Below are positions 63,204-64,000 of a stretch of DNA of 64,000 bases, piece after piece (position 1 is the stretch's first letter; the number at the start of each line of letters is the position of its first letter). The notes beneath the pieces are model-generated. The model saw only the letters and a list, made by a program, of their open reading frames with translations. It was not told the origin of the DNA and searched no databases. The DNA comes from Planctomycetaceae bacterium (GTDB lineage Bacteria; Planctomycetota; Planctomycetia; Planctomycetales; Planctomycetaceae). The stretch spans positions 811 through 64,810 of the forward strand of contig JBJTPZ010000271.1 in assembly GCA_046075365.1 (NCBI GenBank). Direction: 5' to 3'. The position numbers and the translations under genes are program-made.

Positions 63204-64000
63204 ATGGATGCGGTGCTGCAGCTGCTGGACAAACTGGAAAACGGAGCGAAACTGTCGGGTGACGACATCATCGCTCTGCTGCTTGTTTCAGCCATGCTGC
63301 TGTCGCTCGGCCATCTCGGTACCATGCTCGCAACACGCTGGGGGGATCGACACACCGCTGCCAAGTCACTGATGGGATCCATTCTGATTCACTTCGTCTG
63401 CCTGCTGGGTCTCGAAGTCTTCGATCCGTCACAGGCTCCGCCCGCGGATCCCCGGCAGCAAATCATTCCCCCGGCAGAAGTCCTGACTGAAGTCTTGCCC
63501 GAGTCTGATCGGGACGTGCTTCAGGATCGAGCCGGCAATGTTCCGCTGGTCGATCGCCCCACACTGACACAGGCTGAACTGCTGCGTTTCGAAACGGCAG
63601 CCCCGATTCTCGAACCACCGGAAACCCCCGAAAGAACTCCTGAAACTCCGCCAGCCAACGCCATCTCAGCGGCTGATGTGACTCAGTTTGAACCAGCTCC
63701 AGCCACAGAACTGGCACCCCTTGCAGAGGCAGGACAGGTCGGGCCACGGCAAGTCGCAGCAGCATCTTCCGACCCCGCCGGAGACCTCAGCACAACGTAT
63801 GAATCCAGCCAGGCAGACTTGCCGGCCACGCAACTGAGTCGCCAGCGCTCTCGACCAGGGCTCGACACAGAAATGCCTCCACCGGAACGAGCTGCCGTTG
63901 CTGCAGCACCAGCAACAGCACTGCAAATCCAGGCAGCGGAACTGTCCCTGTCAGCGGCTCTGGATGACTCCCCGACTGCGGTACCACTGCCAGCTGCAAT
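63204..64000 (+). CDS. Membrane protein with Pro-rich periplasmic region (3' end beyond window; not in the ORF track because no stop is reached)
   Basis: ATG sits 2 nt after the exbD stop, and I read the frame as open to nt 64000. Two hydrophobic helices (IIALLLVSAMLLSLGHLGTML, LMGSILIHFVCLLGLEVF), then PPETPERTPETPPA and Ala/Pro-rich sequence. Confidence 0.55.
   Translation, partial: MDAVLQLLDKLENGAKLSGDDIIALLLVSAMLLSLGHLGTMLATRWGDRHTAAKSLMGSILIHFVCLLGLEVFDPSQAPPADPRQQIIPPAEVLTEVLPESDRDVLQDRAGNVPLVDRPTLTQAELLRFETAAPILEPPETPERTPETPPANAISAADVTQFEPAPATELAPLAEAGQVGPRQVAAASSDPAGDLSTTYESSQADLPATQLSRQRSRPGLDTEMPPPERAAVAAAPATALQIQAAELSLSAALDDSPTAVPLPAA

Noticed and set aside
1-64000. A search by eye for mobile elements, defence islands, reverse transcriptases, toxin-antitoxin pairs, and rRNA or tRNA genes.
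   Set aside because: I found no integrase, transposase, RT or cas-like ORF, no terminal inverted repeats, no abrupt compositional shift, and no RNA gene signatures. A formal tRNAscan, Infernal or ISfinder run would be needed to be certain.

Overview
This window looks like a chromosomal core region of a Planctomycetota genome. That inference rests on dense co-occurrence of lineage-typical families: four PSCyt1/DUF1549/DUF1553 giants, DUF1501, a DUF1559 pilin-like protein, DUF1570, DUF1080, DUF6807, sulfatases and a TAT-exported Gfo/Idh/MocA enzyme. I call about 46 protein genes. Housekeeping anchors are a class II photolyase (5' partial), apbC, a sufE-sufS fusion, tatD, a LeuA-family synthase, uvrC, topA, holB, rluD, a UvrD-like helicase, dtd, a thiO-like oxidase, fur, flgM and exbD. 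These are interleaved with many exported enzymes of unclear role. By eye I found no rRNA or tRNA, CRISPR array, integrase, transposase or prophage signature. Four convincing rho-independent terminators, three in-frame coding tandem repeats and a few candidate promoters or operators are listed. The best candidate for an undescribed system is the PSCyt/DUF1553 family. One three-gene operon (8345-16243) has a genuine formylglycine-type sulfatase between two heme-motif giants, in the slot usually held by DUF1501. Four paralogs in the window share fixed terminal cassettes around swapped lectin-like modules. Secondary leads are a catalytically degenerate sulfatase homolog, a pilin-like/lipoprotein/hydrolase/tandem S1C protease cluster, a SufE-SufS fusion, a UvrC lacking its HhH2 domain, and PpiD-like and YfgM-like envelope proteins with repeat-encoded spacers. 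All family assignments come from motif reading, not database searches, and start codons are provisional.
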